Part shown: in pieces, positions 28,215-38,378 of the stretch
Layout: each line of letters opens with the position of its first letter
How positions within the stretch are numbered: the first letter of the stretch is position 1
IMG/VR virus record: IMGVR_UViG_3300043449_002688
Span: 1 to 64,000 of that record
DNA: 64,000 nucleotides
Strand: one strand, 5' to 3'
Source: a virus
The notes under the pieces: generated by a model
What the model was told of the DNA's origin: nothing
What the model saw: only the letters and a program-made list of their open reading frames with translations
The model's database searches: none
Program-made: the position numbers and the translations under genes

Positions 28215-29211
28215 TTGAACCTCTCAACTGAGGGCAAGCCTCATAAACTTGAATTAAAACTTCGTTTTTAATTTCTTCTGGCAGATTTTGTTCTTTAAAA
28301 TATTTTAAAAAAGAAGCTGGTATTCCATCTGATTCTTTAACTTTAATTTCTTTAAAAATATCGGTATAAGAACAGTAAACTTTTGTTCCTGTAGGAATTT
28401 TTGTTTCAATTTTTTCACACCATTTTTTTGTACCACAAAGCTGAATATAAGTCTTATTGGTAAATTCTACATTTGGTATTTTATCGCCTTCTTTTAGAAT
28501 TATTTCTTTAAAAGGTTGGCAAACGCTTTCTGGGGTTGGCATAAAAGTTTCAACATTATTAATTGGGTCATAAATATGGATTCCTTTAATTTCTCCAATA
28601 TCAGACTTGGTAAGGTGCCTTGGGGTTCCCAAATAAGATATATTGCCGAAACTTTGTTTTTTATGAAAATGACCTACCCTAAAATATAAATCGGTAGGCA
28701 AGGTTGTTGGATCAACTCCATGGGGAGCATAAGCACCAGATTCATACATGGCTCCTTGAAACTCTTGGTGACAATATATTGTTTTTACTCCATTTGAATA
28801 AAGATTCATGGTTTCTTTTAAAAATTCTTCATTACTTCTAATAAAACCAATAGCTCCTATTTTTGGATAAAGAATCTTTCCTTTTTTATCTATAAGATTT
28901 CCTTTTTCCCAAAAAGCAAACATGGCGCTTTCGGTTCCTTCGCTGTTCCTATCGTGATTTCCTACAAGATAATGAATTTTGTTTTTTGGCAATATTTCTG
29001 ACAATTTATGGGTAGCTGAAGTCCAAAAATTAATAACTTCTACTCTTGCTACTCCAAAATCATTAAATTGATCTCCTAAAAAGATTAAATTTAGGTTATC
29101 TTCTTTTTTCTTTAGTTCATTAATAATATCGACAATCCAATCAATAAATTTGACAGATTCTTCAATATTATCTTTTTTAACATGCATATCGCCAATTTCA
29201 ATAAATTTCAT
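28207..29211 (-). CDS. SbcD/Mre11-like metallophosphoesterase nuclease
   Basis: GDMH, LGDQF, GNHD, CHQE, GHFH, YLGTP. Confidence 0.85.
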   Translation of the reverse strand: MKFIEIGDMHVKKDNIEESVKFIDWIVDIINELKKKEDNLNLIFLGDQFNDFGVARVEVINFWTSATHKLSEILPKNKIHYLVGNHDRNSEGTESAMFAFWEKGNLIDKKGKILYPKIGAIGFIRSNEEFLKETMNLYSNGVKTIYCHQEFQGAMYESGAYAPHGVDPTTLPTDLYFRVGHFHKKQSFGNISYLGTPRHLTKSDIGEIKGIHIYDPINNVETFMPTPESVCQPFKEIILKEGDKIPNVEFTNKTYIQLCGTKKWCEKIETKIPTGTKVYCSYTDIFKEIKVKESDGIPASFLKYFKEQNLPEEIKNEVLIQVYEACPQLRGSIG

Positions 29212-29212
29212 A

Positions 29213-29512
29213 TTAGTTCTCTTTAGCTATATACCCTACAATTTCAGTTTCTGGCACTAAGACAAAAGATAATCCTTCAAATTCTAAAACTTGTTTTGCC
29301 CAAGGAGTTAGTCCAGCATCTCCTTTTAAAATAACATAGTCTCCAGGATTAAGGCTAACGCTTTCGCTTTGGTAGTTTAATAAAACTTTTGATTTTGTAA
29401 GTTCTACCCTTTGAGCAATTGTAGCAATTCCGCCTTTAATTTGAGCTTCTATTTTTTTAAAAACCGGCTGTTGAATTGCTATATATCCTTTTTTTGTAAA
29501 AATTTTACTCAC
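29213..29512 (-). CDS. Divergent GroES / Cpn10-like co-chaperonin
   Basis: GTG start after GGAGG; 99 aa; KGGIA mobile-loop-like segment, LNPGDYVIL, LEFEGLSFVLVPETEIVGYI match the GroES pattern. Confidence 0.65.
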   Translation of the reverse strand: MSKIFTKKGYIAIQQPVFKKIEAQIKGGIATIAQRVELTKSKVLLNYQSESVSLNPGDYVILKGDAGLTPWAKQVLEFEGLSFVLVPETEIVGYIAKEN

Positions 29513-30539
29513 ATAAACCTCCATACATGTCGCCAAATTTCATTAATACAATCTTTTTTTCTAAAACAGTTAATTGATTAAAAACGCTTAACATTTTAAT
29601 ATTAATTTGTAAATTCTCTACTTTGTCGTGAACAGATTCAGACGTATCTATAAATTTTTCAACAAAAGAGTGTTGTCCGTCAATTTTTTCATCAATACTG
29701 ACACCTTGATTTGCTGCAGCTTCAATTCTTTCAATATCAGAAGATGTAACGCCGCCGAATGATTGAGATACATAATCAACAACTTCTTCTTTAGAAATAG
29801 ACATTTTTGTTTCTTTGGCTTTTTTAGTTCTATATAAAATTCTTTTTTCTTTTGGAGGCAATTTTACCAAAGTTTGACTATTGTTTTCTTGCATTTCAAG
29901 AGTCATTTTTCCTATTGAGACTCCGTTAAATTCTCTATTATTTGTTATTCTTCCTTTTGCCGGAACAAATTTATCAACCGCAATCAATAGTCCTTCTGCT
30001 GCATTTTGAATTAAATCCATGTAATCTAAATATGGATTAGAAGTATTTCTCCAAAATAAATTAGCTCTATTGATTGCTAAAGGTAAATTTTTTTCACATA
30101 TTGCTTTTCTTATATCTTCCATTTTATTTAAGATTTTTGTTAAGGCACTTTTTTTTCTTCCTGTGTATTTTTCCAAAGCCCAAACACAAAATTTATAATT
30201 TATTTTAAATACTTGTAATTTTTTATAATTTTTTTGATGAAAAGCTGTGTACATTTTTTTAGAAAAGGTATCTTGCCTTTCTCTAAAATATACTCTAGCC
30301 GACAGCATATTTCCTTTGCCATCTTCATCATCTAAAATAAAATGCATAAACTGTTCATATATTTTGTTTCCATGAGGAGTATCTAATAGCGTTTTTTTAA
30401 ATGTTTTTTCTAAACTAATCAACTCATTAATGTATTGTTTTGTTTGTTTAGATTCTTTATTTTCTTTTTCTCTTAACATTACATTCATTTCTTCAACAAA
30501 AGAAATAAATAATATATCTGATTTGATATTCTTCCTCAT
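29505..30539 (-). CDS. Phage sigma70-family sigma factor
   Basis: KNLPLAINRA, YMDLIQNAAEGLLIAVDKF (region 2), VSIDEKI, LTVLEKKIVLMKFG. Confidence 0.85.
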   Translation of the reverse strand: MRKNIKSDILFISFVEEMNVMLREKENKESKQTKQYINELISLEKTFKKTLLDTPHGNKIYEQFMHFILDDEDGKGNMLSARVYFRERQDTFSKKMYTAFHQKNYKKLQVFKINYKFCVWALEKYTGRKKSALTKILNKMEDIRKAICEKNLPLAINRANLFWRNTSNPYLDYMDLIQNAAEGLLIAVDKFVPAKGRITNNREFNGVSIGKMTLEMQENNSQTLVKLPPKEKRILYRTKKAKETKMSISKEEVVDYVSQSFGGVTSSDIERIEAAANQGVSIDEKIDGQHSFVEKFIDTSESVHDKVENLQINIKMLSVFNQLTVLEKKIVLMKFGDMYGGLCE

Positions 30540-33088
30540 CCTATCTCCTGAACTTCACCAAGCTGATTGTAAATAGCCATTCGAGCATTACAATGCCTTT
30601 CCATTGATGGAGAACCTTCGACTTTAAAATCAAAAATAAAAGCATCTTTTTTATTATCTGTAACTCTAGTAGCTCTGCCTATTCCTTGTTTAACTTGAAT
30701 TTCCGATGTTCCGCCTTGCAAGTAAATTAAAGCCCCAGTAGGTTGAAGGTCTACTCCAGTAGAAATAGCAGAAGTTCCGATAATAAGTTTGGTTTCGCCT
30801 TTATTAAATCGTTCTACAATTGCTTCAGTGTCTGATTTCCAGTATTCTTTAGGAACAATATCTTTTAAGTTAGTTCCATCGGCATTTTGTCTGTTTGATA
30901 TTCCGCCGTGAGCAAATTCAAAAGGAACAGTAATATAATTTTTTAATTGCATAAACTGAGCGAATTCATCTATCAAAATAACTGTTTGTCTGTTTAGCAA
31001 ATTAACGCATTTATGTGCAATTTCTCCAGCCAACTTATTGACGTTTGGATTTAAATAAAGTTGTTGTCTTGTTTCTTTATTAATATCATTTGCTCCAGAA
31101 AACCCATGCGATTGAACTTTAAATATTTTAAAAAAAGGTCTAGAAAGATATCCTTTTTCTACTAATTCTTTAAAATCTTTTCTGTAAACTGTAGGACCTG
31201 TAATGCCTTTTAAAATCATTTCAGAGCCATCGGTTCTAATTTGTGTAGCAGATACAAAAAAACGATAATAACAATCTTTTAAGAGATTCATTACAACTTT
31301 TTCAAAAGTCTCTGCTGGGGTAGTATGACAATTATGTGCTACGATTCCTGTAGCGCCCGATGAAACTATAAAATTATGATTATCTTCAACTTCTATATCG
31401 TAAAGGTTAGATAAATATTTTTTTCTTTTTGGCAAATTAAATGAAAATTTTTCAACAGATACTACTTGTGAGTATCCATATTTACTTTTTTCAGGAATCC
31501 ATTTGTATGTTCCAACAAGATTTTGAAATCTTTTTGAAATTTTATAAGAAAGAGAAGGGTGTATATAATTTGATATCTTTTTGCTTAAAAGATTGTAACC
31601 TTCTTTGCTAAAAAGAATATACTTGTATCCTTTATTGACAGCAACTCGACATTCAATTCCTTTATTTTTAAACCAAGTGACAATAATTTCTTGAGATTGA
31701 TCGTCAAAAGATGATGTATGTAATTCGCCTCTATTGTCGCCATTTCCGTATCCATCATCCATAAACCATACGGCTAGCCCTTTATCATTTACATTTTCTA
31801 AAAATTCTTTTGTTATTTGTTTTTTTCTTTTTTCAAAAGGCAATTTTGAATAAAAAAGTTTTGTAGAAAAACGGTAAGCTGGTTTTTTTGCATATCCATT
31901 TTTTTCAATAAATTCTATATTTTTGATTCCTAAAAGATTTGCTCCCCATTTTAAGTAATTTAATTGTTTTGCAGAATGAATAACTCTCATTCTTATTCCA
32001 TTTTTATGAATAGAAATTGAACCGTCTCCCAAATAACTGCCTAAGATATATTGTTCTGAATCGCCTAAATATTCTGGAGAAAATGAACTTTTTTTATCAT
32101 TAACATTTCCTAGTATAAAATGTTTTTTTGTAAGATCCCCAGCTTTTACCCAACCTAAATTTGTTAATATTTTATGATCAGAAGTGCAAGAAAAGGTGGA
32201 ATTTGAACACCTTACTTTTACCATATTATCTTTTTTTTCTCTTTTCCACGTATTAGTTATTGTTTTATATTCAAATTTTTTTTCTATTTCGTTAAAAGAT
32301 AAAACTTTAGGAAGAGGTTTGCCTTTAATAAAATTATTATGCAATGTGCTTATTCTTATTGGGCCTTTTTCTGTTGCTATTTTTGTATCATAAGGAAAGC
32401 ATTCGTCCCATATTAAAACGTCTGTTTTGGTTAAATTATTCCATTGCTCTGAACCTTCTTCAACTCTTACTAAAGCTTGAGCTGTAGCAACAGTAAACAA
32501 TTTGTCTATCTCTTTTTTACCATCACCATACTTACCAATATATTTTTTACCAAAAAGTTTAATAAATTCTTTGTAAAGTTGATCTGTAATTGAGGCAGAT
32601 GGCGTAGCAATTATTGTTTTAAGGCCTAATCTTTTACAGAGTTCATAAATTATCCGACTTTTGCCTGAACCTGTAGGCAATTCAATTGCTCCATGACGCG
32701 CTTTTATAAGCTCTTCAACTGCTTCGCTTTGATAATCTCTTAAGAGTTTAGGTTGAGATGCCCAAGGAATTAGTTTACCTTCATCCAATTTATTTAAATT
32801 ATTGGTTAAATCCCAGTGAAATCTATTTTGTAAATCTTTATAAAGACCAGAATAAGTATATGGGTTGCCGGAATCATCATAAAACAACAAACATTTTTGC
32901 ATTTCAGACTTAAGTTGATCAAGCCTTTGATTAAAGCTATCTGGATCTGAATTTGCCCAACGATAATTTTGTTTTAATTTTTTAATTTGATAATCAACGC
33001 CGCGATCTCTAAATGTAAGAAAATTTTTTACTTCTTCTGAATCAGAAGGAAGATAAATCTTTGAAAAATCCATAAAAGACAATTTCAT
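30536..33088 (-). CDS. SF2 DExH helicase (UvsW-like) containing an intein
   Basis: LRDYQ, PTGSGKS, WDE[intein]CH, SAT, TGVD, QGIGRATR. Confidence 0.9.
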   Translation of the reverse strand: MKLSFMDFSKIYLPSDSEEVKNFLTFRDRGVDYQIKKLKQNYRWANSDPDSFNQRLDQLKSEMQKCLLFYDDSGNPYTYSGLYKDLQNRFHWDLTNNLNKLDEGKLIPWASQPKLLRDYQSEAVEELIKARHGAIELPTGSGKSRIIYELCKRLGLKTIIATPSASITDQLYKEFIKLFGKKYIGKYGDGKKEIDKLFTVATAQALVRVEEGSEQWNNLTKTDVLIWDECFPYDTKIATEKGPIRISTLHNNFIKGKPLPKVLSFNEIEKKFEYKTITNTWKREKKDNMVKVRCSNSTFSCTSDHKILTNLGWVKAGDLTKKHFILGNVNDKKSSFSPEYLGDSEQYILGSYLGDGSISIHKNGIRMRVIHSAKQLNYLKWGANLLGIKNIEFIEKNGYAKKPAYRFSTKLFYSKLPFEKRKKQITKEFLENVNDKGLAVWFMDDGYGNGDNRGELHTSSFDDQSQEIIVTWFKNKGIECRVAVNKGYKYILFSKEGYNLLSKKISNYIHPSLSYKISKRFQNLVGTYKWIPEKSKYGYSQVVSVEKFSFNLPKRKKYLSNLYDIEVEDNHNFIVSSGATGIVAHNCHTTPAETFEKVVMNLLKDCYYRFFVSATQIRTDGSEMILKGITGPTVYRKDFKELVEKGYLSRPFFKIFKVQSHGFSGANDINKETRQQLYLNPNVNKLAGEIAHKCVNLLNRQTVILIDEFAQFMQLKNYITVPFEFAHGGISNRQNADGTNLKDIVPKEYWKSDTEAIVERFNKGETKLIIGTSAISTGVDLQPTGALIYLQGGTSEIQVKQGIGRATRVTDNKKDAFIFDFKVEGSPSMERHCNARMAIYNQLGEVQEIG
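31331..32401 (-). mobile_element. 357-aa intein with a LAGLIDADG homing endonuclease, inserted in Walker B (DE|CH)
   Basis: Starts CFPYDT; block B TSDHKILT; LGSYLGDG and LAVWFMDDG; YDIEVEDNHNF; ends AHN before Cys+1. Confidence 0.93.
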
Positions 33089-33188
33089 ACCCCGATTGTC
33101 TCAAATTTTACATGTAAATGCAATAATTTATTGATGTTTTATTAATGTTTTTAAATAAAAATTGCCGGCGGCGTCTGTTTACGTATTA

Positions 33189-33278
33189 AATATGTCACCT
33201 TAGTAAACTAATAACATTCTGTAGTAATTACATTCAATATTACTAACGTAGTTAAATAGATTACTAAAGTGACATATT
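33189..33278. repeat. 22-bp imperfect inverted repeat, candidate replication origin or operator
   Basis: aatatgtcaccttagtaaacta (33189-33210) versus tagattactaaagtgacatatt (33257-33278), 20/22 match; at the coding-strand switch. Confidence 0.75.
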
Positions 33279-33293
33279 CTTTCCTTTTACAGG

Positions 33294-34169
33294 ATGATTA
33301 TCCAGAAACAGCTCGCGCCCGACAAAAAAATATGTTACTGTTTAAATATGAGAACAATTAAAATAGCTAAAAAAGCGATATTTGATATATCGCATTATGA
33401 CGATAGGCATATAAAACGATCTGACTGGGAAAACCCTCCAAACTTTAGTAATCTCAAAAAAGCAAAAGATGTTTTTAAAACAAAAAAACACATTAATTAC
33501 CAGAAGTTATATACATTGCTTATAGCTAGAAGTAATGAATTAAAAGGTGATACTAAAGTTTCAAACGAAAATGTTGCTAAAATTTTAAAAATTTCAGTTA
33601 GACAAGTAATTAGATGTTTTCAGTTTTTAGAAAAACATAGGTTGATTTCTTCTATTAAAAAATGTTATAATTTCAATGGAAAATACAAGACAGTTAGAAT
33701 TATAAGGGTTTGGCTTACTTATTATAAGCACAAGTGTCGTCCAACCTATGAAAAAGTGTTTAAAAATGATATTCGTCCAGGCAAAGAAAAAGACGAACAA
33801 ATTTCTAGAAAAATTCCATTAAAGTTTAGGGTTTGGGGTAACTTTGTACCTAAAGCTCCTTGTAAATTTAAAAAAGAATTTGTTCCAATGAAAAAAATGG
33901 ACTACAGTTGGTTAAATTTAACAAAGCAAGGTTATATCAACAACGATATGAATATTGCTATTAACCAAATAGAAACAATAGCTTCTGACGTTAACATGAG
34001 AAAAAACATTTATAGTATTGTTGGGTACAATAAAGATTTTCTTATTTATAAAAACACCGGAATTAAGAAATCTGATAAATACAAAAAGAATTTTTCAGTA
34101 AAAGAAGAAACAAAATTTTTAAAGCAAAAATTTGAGCACTGGAGGGAAAATGGGCCTATTTCAAACTAA
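33294..34169 (+). CDS. Basic HTH DNA-binding protein, possibly a replication initiator
   Basis: SNENVAKILKISVRQVIRCFQFLEKHRLI winged-HTH pattern; true start may be MRTIK at 33348. Confidence 0.65.
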   Translation: MIIQKQLAPDKKICYCLNMRTIKIAKKAIFDISHYDDRHIKRSDWENPPNFSNLKKAKDVFKTKKHINYQKLYTLLIARSNELKGDTKVSNENVAKILKISVRQVIRCFQFLEKHRLISSIKKCYNFNGKYKTVRIIRVWLTYYKHKCRPTYEKVFKNDIRPGKEKDEQISRKIPLKFRVWGNFVPKAPCKFKKEFVPMKKMDYSWLNLTKQGYINNDMNIAINQIETIASDVNMRKNIYSIVGYNKDFLIYKNTGIKKSDKYKKNFSVKEETKFLKQKFEHWRENGPISN

Positions 34170-35925
34170 TAAACCTAAATCAGCTTCAAAGGTAATGATT
34201 CCATCAAGCCAAAAACTTGAGAACGAAGTTTTAACAACATTAAACCATATTGCTGAAATGGTAGGGGTTACATTAGGCCCAGGCGGAAAACAAGTTCTTA
34301 TTGAAAGACCAGAAATTGGAATGAAGCCTATTATGACTAAAGATGGAGTTACAGTTATTAAACATCTTGGTTATGAAGAAGCTACAAAACAGCTTATTCT
34401 TGAGGCAGCTAGAGATGCAGCTATTCGAACAGCAAACGAAGCTGGAGATGGAACAACAACTGCTACTATTCTTTCTAATAGTATTGCTCAAGCAGCAGCT
34501 TCGGTAGTAAAAGCAAACCCAAAACTCAGTCCTCAAAAAATAGTAAGGGAAATGCAAAAACTGGTTCCATATCTTACAAAAAAAATTGAATCTTACAAAA
34601 TTGATGTAGATGGCGAAAATTACGATGACGTTTTACTTAAAGTAGCTACGCTTTCTGCTAACGGAGATTCAGAGCTTGCTTCATCTATCGTCAAAGGTCT
34701 TGATTTAGTTGGAGAAGAAGGAGATATGACAATTGTTGAATCTCAAGGTCCAAGCAAATATGAAATTAATCGCATCAATGGATATACTGTTGAAAGAGGA
34801 TATGAAGAATCTTGTCGTAATTTTGCTAATGGCTTTATCAATGATAAAAGCGGAACAATGGTTGTTCTTGAAAAACCAATTTTTATTTTATACGATGGCA
34901 TTTTAAATGACATGTCTCAAGTTTTTGAACCTCTTACTCGCTTAAACGAACATTTTAATGAAATTAAATCTGATTCTAAAAATGTTGTAATTGTTGCTCA
35001 TGGTTTTTCTGAAATAGTGTTAGGCGATTTGCATACGAATTGGAATCATCCTCAAACTACAATTAAAATGTATCCAATGTTGACGCCAGAAAGAGCTATT
35101 CAGAATTGGAGGACTAATTTCCTTTATGATCTTCAGGCTTATACTGGAACTCCTGTTTTTAACCCAATAGATAAACCTATCGTAGATATGGACCCTCAAA
35201 TTTTGGTAGAAAATAATCGCGTTACTAGAGTAGAAGTATCTCGATACAAATCAATGATTTTTGCAAACGAAGATCAAGAAGCTATTTCAATTAGAGTAGA
35301 GGAATTGCGACTACAAAAACAAAATCCAGAATCAGAATATGAACTAAATGATCTTAATGTTCGTATTGGAAAGCTAACCTCTGGTATCGTTCGCTTAATT
35401 ATTTCTGGCCCATCTGCTGGCGAAACCAGAGAAAAAAGAGATAGAGCAGATGACGCATGGATGGCGATTAAGGGAGCAATTAATTATGGAGCTGTTCCTG
35501 GCGGTGGGTATGTATTAGTACGTTTAGCTGCAGACTTATCAGTAACCTCATCTAAGATGCCGATTGGAACAACAAGATATGCTACTGAAATTTTATCTTT
35601 AGCATTATTAGCGCCAGTAGAAACTCTTTATAGAAATTATGGCTATAATGAAGAAGAAATTGGCCAACAAATAACAGCCATCTTAAATAATGATTCCCAG
35701 GCTTTTGATGTTTCTGAACAAGAATGGGTAGATAAACATAGCCTTTTAGACTCGCTACCAGCGGTAGTAGAAGCAGTAAGGAACAGTATTTCTATTGCAT
35801 CATTGCTTGGCACTGTTGGAGGTATTGTAGCTTTTAAAAGGGACTATGATTCAGATAAACAAGAAGAAAAGCTTGTTAGACAATTTGAAACGAGTATTGG
35901 TGAAAGAGGAAGCTTAAGGGAATAA
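34150..35925 (+). CDS. groEL: Chaperonin GroEL-like
   Basis: TLGPGG, TKDGVTV, AGDGTTTA, GAVPGGG; GGAGGG RBS; lacks the GGM tail. Confidence 0.93.
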   Translation: MGLFQTNKPKSASKVMIPSSQKLENEVLTTLNHIAEMVGVTLGPGGKQVLIERPEIGMKPIMTKDGVTVIKHLGYEEATKQLILEAARDAAIRTANEAGDGTTTATILSNSIAQAAASVVKANPKLSPQKIVREMQKLVPYLTKKIESYKIDVDGENYDDVLLKVATLSANGDSELASSIVKGLDLVGEEGDMTIVESQGPSKYEINRINGYTVERGYEESCRNFANGFINDKSGTMVVLEKPIFILYDGILNDMSQVFEPLTRLNEHFNEIKSDSKNVVIVAHGFSEIVLGDLHTNWNHPQTTIKMYPMLTPERAIQNWRTNFLYDLQAYTGTPVFNPIDKPIVDMDPQILVENNRVTRVEVSRYKSMIFANEDQEAISIRVEELRLQKQNPESEYELNDLNVRIGKLTSGIVRLIISGPSAGETREKRDRADDAWMAIKGAINYGAVPGGGYVLVRLAADLSVTSSKMPIGTTRYATEILSLALLAPVETLYRNYGYNEEEIGQQITAILNNDSQAFDVSEQEWVDKHSLLDSLPAVVEAVRNSISIASLLGTVGGIVAFKRDYDSDKQEEKLVRQFETSIGERGSLRE

Positions 35926-35927
35926 AA

Positions 35928-36188
35928 ATGGCTTGGTTTTCTTATAAGTGCAAAGAACATGGAATTTTTACAAAATCTTTAGAAAAAAGAGAAAAAACTG
36001 TTTTATGCCCTATTTGCAATCAAAATAGTGTAGCAATTATCAAATCTGGTACAATATCAGTAGTAGAAAAGCTTGATAATGGTGCCATGTCTAGATCTGT
36101 TGAAAGATTGCACAATATTGAAGAAATAATGAACGATAGAGCAGACAACCATGATAAAAAAATGGGAATAACTGAAGAGGAAGATTAA
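35928..36188 (+). CDS. FmdB-like zinc-ribbon protein
   Basis: YKCKEHG...CPIC. Confidence 0.6.
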   Translation: MAWFSYKCKEHGIFTKSLEKREKTVLCPICNQNSVAIIKSGTISVVEKLDNGAMSRSVERLHNIEEIMNDRADNHDKKMGITEEED

Positions 36189-37963
36189 TGTCTTCATATA
36201 GACTAAGCTATATTGAAATAGAAGGATTTCGATCTTTCTTTGAAAGGCAAAGAATAGAATTTCCAGAAAAAGGCATGATTTTAATTTCTGGAAAATATAA
36301 AGGAAATCTTGTTTCTTCTGGAGCAGGAAAATCATCTATTGTAGAAGCTATCGCGTTTGCCTTAGATATATGTGATATTCCCGCTACTGAATTAAAATGT
36401 TGGCATTCAAAATCTTTGTACGTTAAATTAGGAATAACAAACGGAATCGATCTTATTGAAATAGAAAGAACCCCTAAGCTTAATTTAATCATAAATGGTA
36501 GCTCATGGTCAGAACTTTCTCTTGGGGCAAAAGAAAAACTTTACTCTTTACTAGGATTAAGCCCAGAAATCCTTTCTCAAGTATCTTATCGTCAACAAAG
36601 AGAAAAAGGCGTTTTTTTAAATTCAACAGACTCTGAGTTAAAAAAATTCTTAACCAAAACCTTAAAATTAGAACAAATTGAATCGGAAGCTGAATCTTTT
36701 AATAAAAAAGCTACTAATCTTAAAAACAATATCGAAATGTTAAAAAGAGATATCGATAATTTGGAAAGCTTTTTAGCTTCTTCTATTGTTACCGACGAAG
36801 AAATTAATCAAGCTAAAATTTCTTTAGATTTATGTATTGAAAAGCTAAACAGCTTGAATGAACCAAACAGCTTGTTATTTCAAAATGAAATTAATCAATT
36901 AAATTTAGATTTATTTGAAGTACAAAAAAATATTATAAATATTTCTAAAGAAATTGAAAAAATAGAAGATTTAAAAAATAAAATTTTGTTGATAAAAAAC
37001 GAAAATTCTCAGCTTAGAGATCAAATCGTGCTTGGCAATTCTGAGCTTAATAAGCTTAAAAGTAATATTTGTCATACTTGCGAAAGACCTTTTAACGGAG
37101 AAAATCATTCTCATATTGCCGCAGCAAAAGAAACTCAAGTTAACGATATGATAGCTAAAATGAGATTTAACTTAGAGTATATCAAAAACGCAGAAAACGT
37201 ACTAATATCTTTAGATTCTCTAAAATTGCAAAAAGATTCTTATCATAAAAAACAAAATGAGCTAAATTTAAAAAAACATGAAATTACCCTAAAATTAGGG
37301 CAAGCTAATGCTCCATTAGATTTAGCGCTTCAGGCAAAAAATTTTGCGCAATCAAATTACAATACCTTGTTATCTAAAAAGCAAGCTTATGATAATATTG
37401 TTTCTAAAATACAGCTTGCAAAAACACAGTTAAATAAAGAAGAAAAAGATTATTTGATTAATTTTTACTGCGGAAAGACTATAGGCAAAAGCGGATTCTT
37501 GGCTTTTATTTTTGAAGAAACTTTGGTTGGCATTCAAAATCGATCAAACGAAATAATAAAACATATTCCTAATATTGAATCTTTTAATCTTGAAATATCT
37601 ACTACAAAAACTACAAAAACTACAAAAACTACAAAAGAAGAAATTAAAAAAACTATCTTAAAAAATGGTTTTGAGGTATCCTTTAAGAGTCTTTCTGGAG
37701 GTCAACAAGCCGCTATGGAGCTTTGTACCGATTTAGCTGTAGCAAAAGAAATAAAACAAAAGGCTGGGGCTGGAATTGGCTGGATTATGTTGGACGAAGC
37801 AATGGACGGATTGGGATCTGTAGAAAAACAAGCAGCTTTAGAAATAATAAAAGACAAATTTGATGGCCAAATTTTTATTATTGATCATTCTACAGAAATT
37901 AAAGAAGCTTTTACTCAAGTTATTGAGGTAGAATACGATGGAAAATTCTCAAAAATTGCTTAG
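36188..37963 (+). CDS. SbcC/Rad50-like ATPase
   Basis: GFRSF, GAGKSS, coiled coil with CHTC hook, LSGGQ, LDEAMDGL, IDH. Confidence 0.92.
   Translation: MSSYRLSYIEIEGFRSFFERQRIEFPEKGMILISGKYKGNLVSSGAGKSSIVEAIAFALDICDIPATELKCWHSKSLYVKLGITNGIDLIEIERTPKLNLIINGSSWSELSLGAKEKLYSLLGLSPEILSQVSYRQQREKGVFLNSTDSELKKFLTKTLKLEQIESEAESFNKKATNLKNNIEMLKRDIDNLESFLASSIVTDEEINQAKISLDLCIEKLNSLNEPNSLLFQNEINQLNLDLFEVQKNIINISKEIEKIEDLKNKILLIKNENSQLRDQIVLGNSELNKLKSNICHTCERPFNGENHSHIAAAKETQVNDMIAKMRFNLEYIKNAENVLISLDSLKLQKDSYHKKQNELNLKKHEITLKLGQANAPLDLALQAKNFAQSNYNTLLSKKQAYDNIVSKIQLAKTQLNKEEKDYLINFYCGKTIGKSGFLAFIFEETLVGIQNRSNEIIKHIPNIESFNLEISTTKTTKTTKTTKEEIKKTILKNGFEVSFKSLSGGQQAAMELCTDLAVAKEIKQKAGAGIGWIMLDEAMDGLGSVEKQAALEIIKDKFDGQIFIIDHSTEIKEAFTQVIEVEYDGKFSKIA
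37601..37636 (+). repeat. (ACTACAAAA)x4 in-frame tandem repeat encoding TTK x4
   Basis: Read directly from the sequence. Confidence 0.95.
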
Positions 37964-38369
37964 ATTTAGCTTAAAAGATACAGCTCCATCCGAAGCTTTA
38001 GTTGAATATTTCGATAACTTATATTGGAATAGCTCTTTATATATGTGCCTTGTAAATAACAAAGATAATTCTCCTGGATTATATTTAGAAAAAACTAAAA
38101 ATTATGAAAAAATTATTAGAGTTTTTACTGGAGTAGAAGAAGCTTCTATATATGCAGAAATTGTAGCTGAAAAAGAATCATTGCCGCTTGAATCAGTAAA
38201 AAAATGGGAAATTAAATTTTATGATCTTATAGAATATCTTAATAAGGTTAGTAAAAAATATAAAGAAAATAATAAAACTGTAATTAAAGTTGTTGCATCT
38301 GGAGTTTACGAAGAAAAACTAGTAGAATTAGATGTGTTGTGGACTGACATCGAAAAGTTTATTAATTAG
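37938..38369 (+). CDS. Hypothetical protein
   Basis: ORF in operon. Confidence 0.65.
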   Translation: MENSQKLLRFSLKDTAPSEALVEYFDNLYWNSSLYMCLVNNKDNSPGLYLEKTKNYEKIIRVFTGVEEASIYAEIVAEKESLPLESVKKWEIKFYDLIEYLNKVSKKYKENNKTVIKVVASGVYEEKLVELDVLWTDIEKFIN

Positions 38370-38378
38370 AGGGTTTTT

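Noticed and set aside
32625-32633. CCTAATCTT copy inside the helicase gene
   Set aside because: It is antisense, intragenic and has no ORF directly downstream; consistent with about one chance hit
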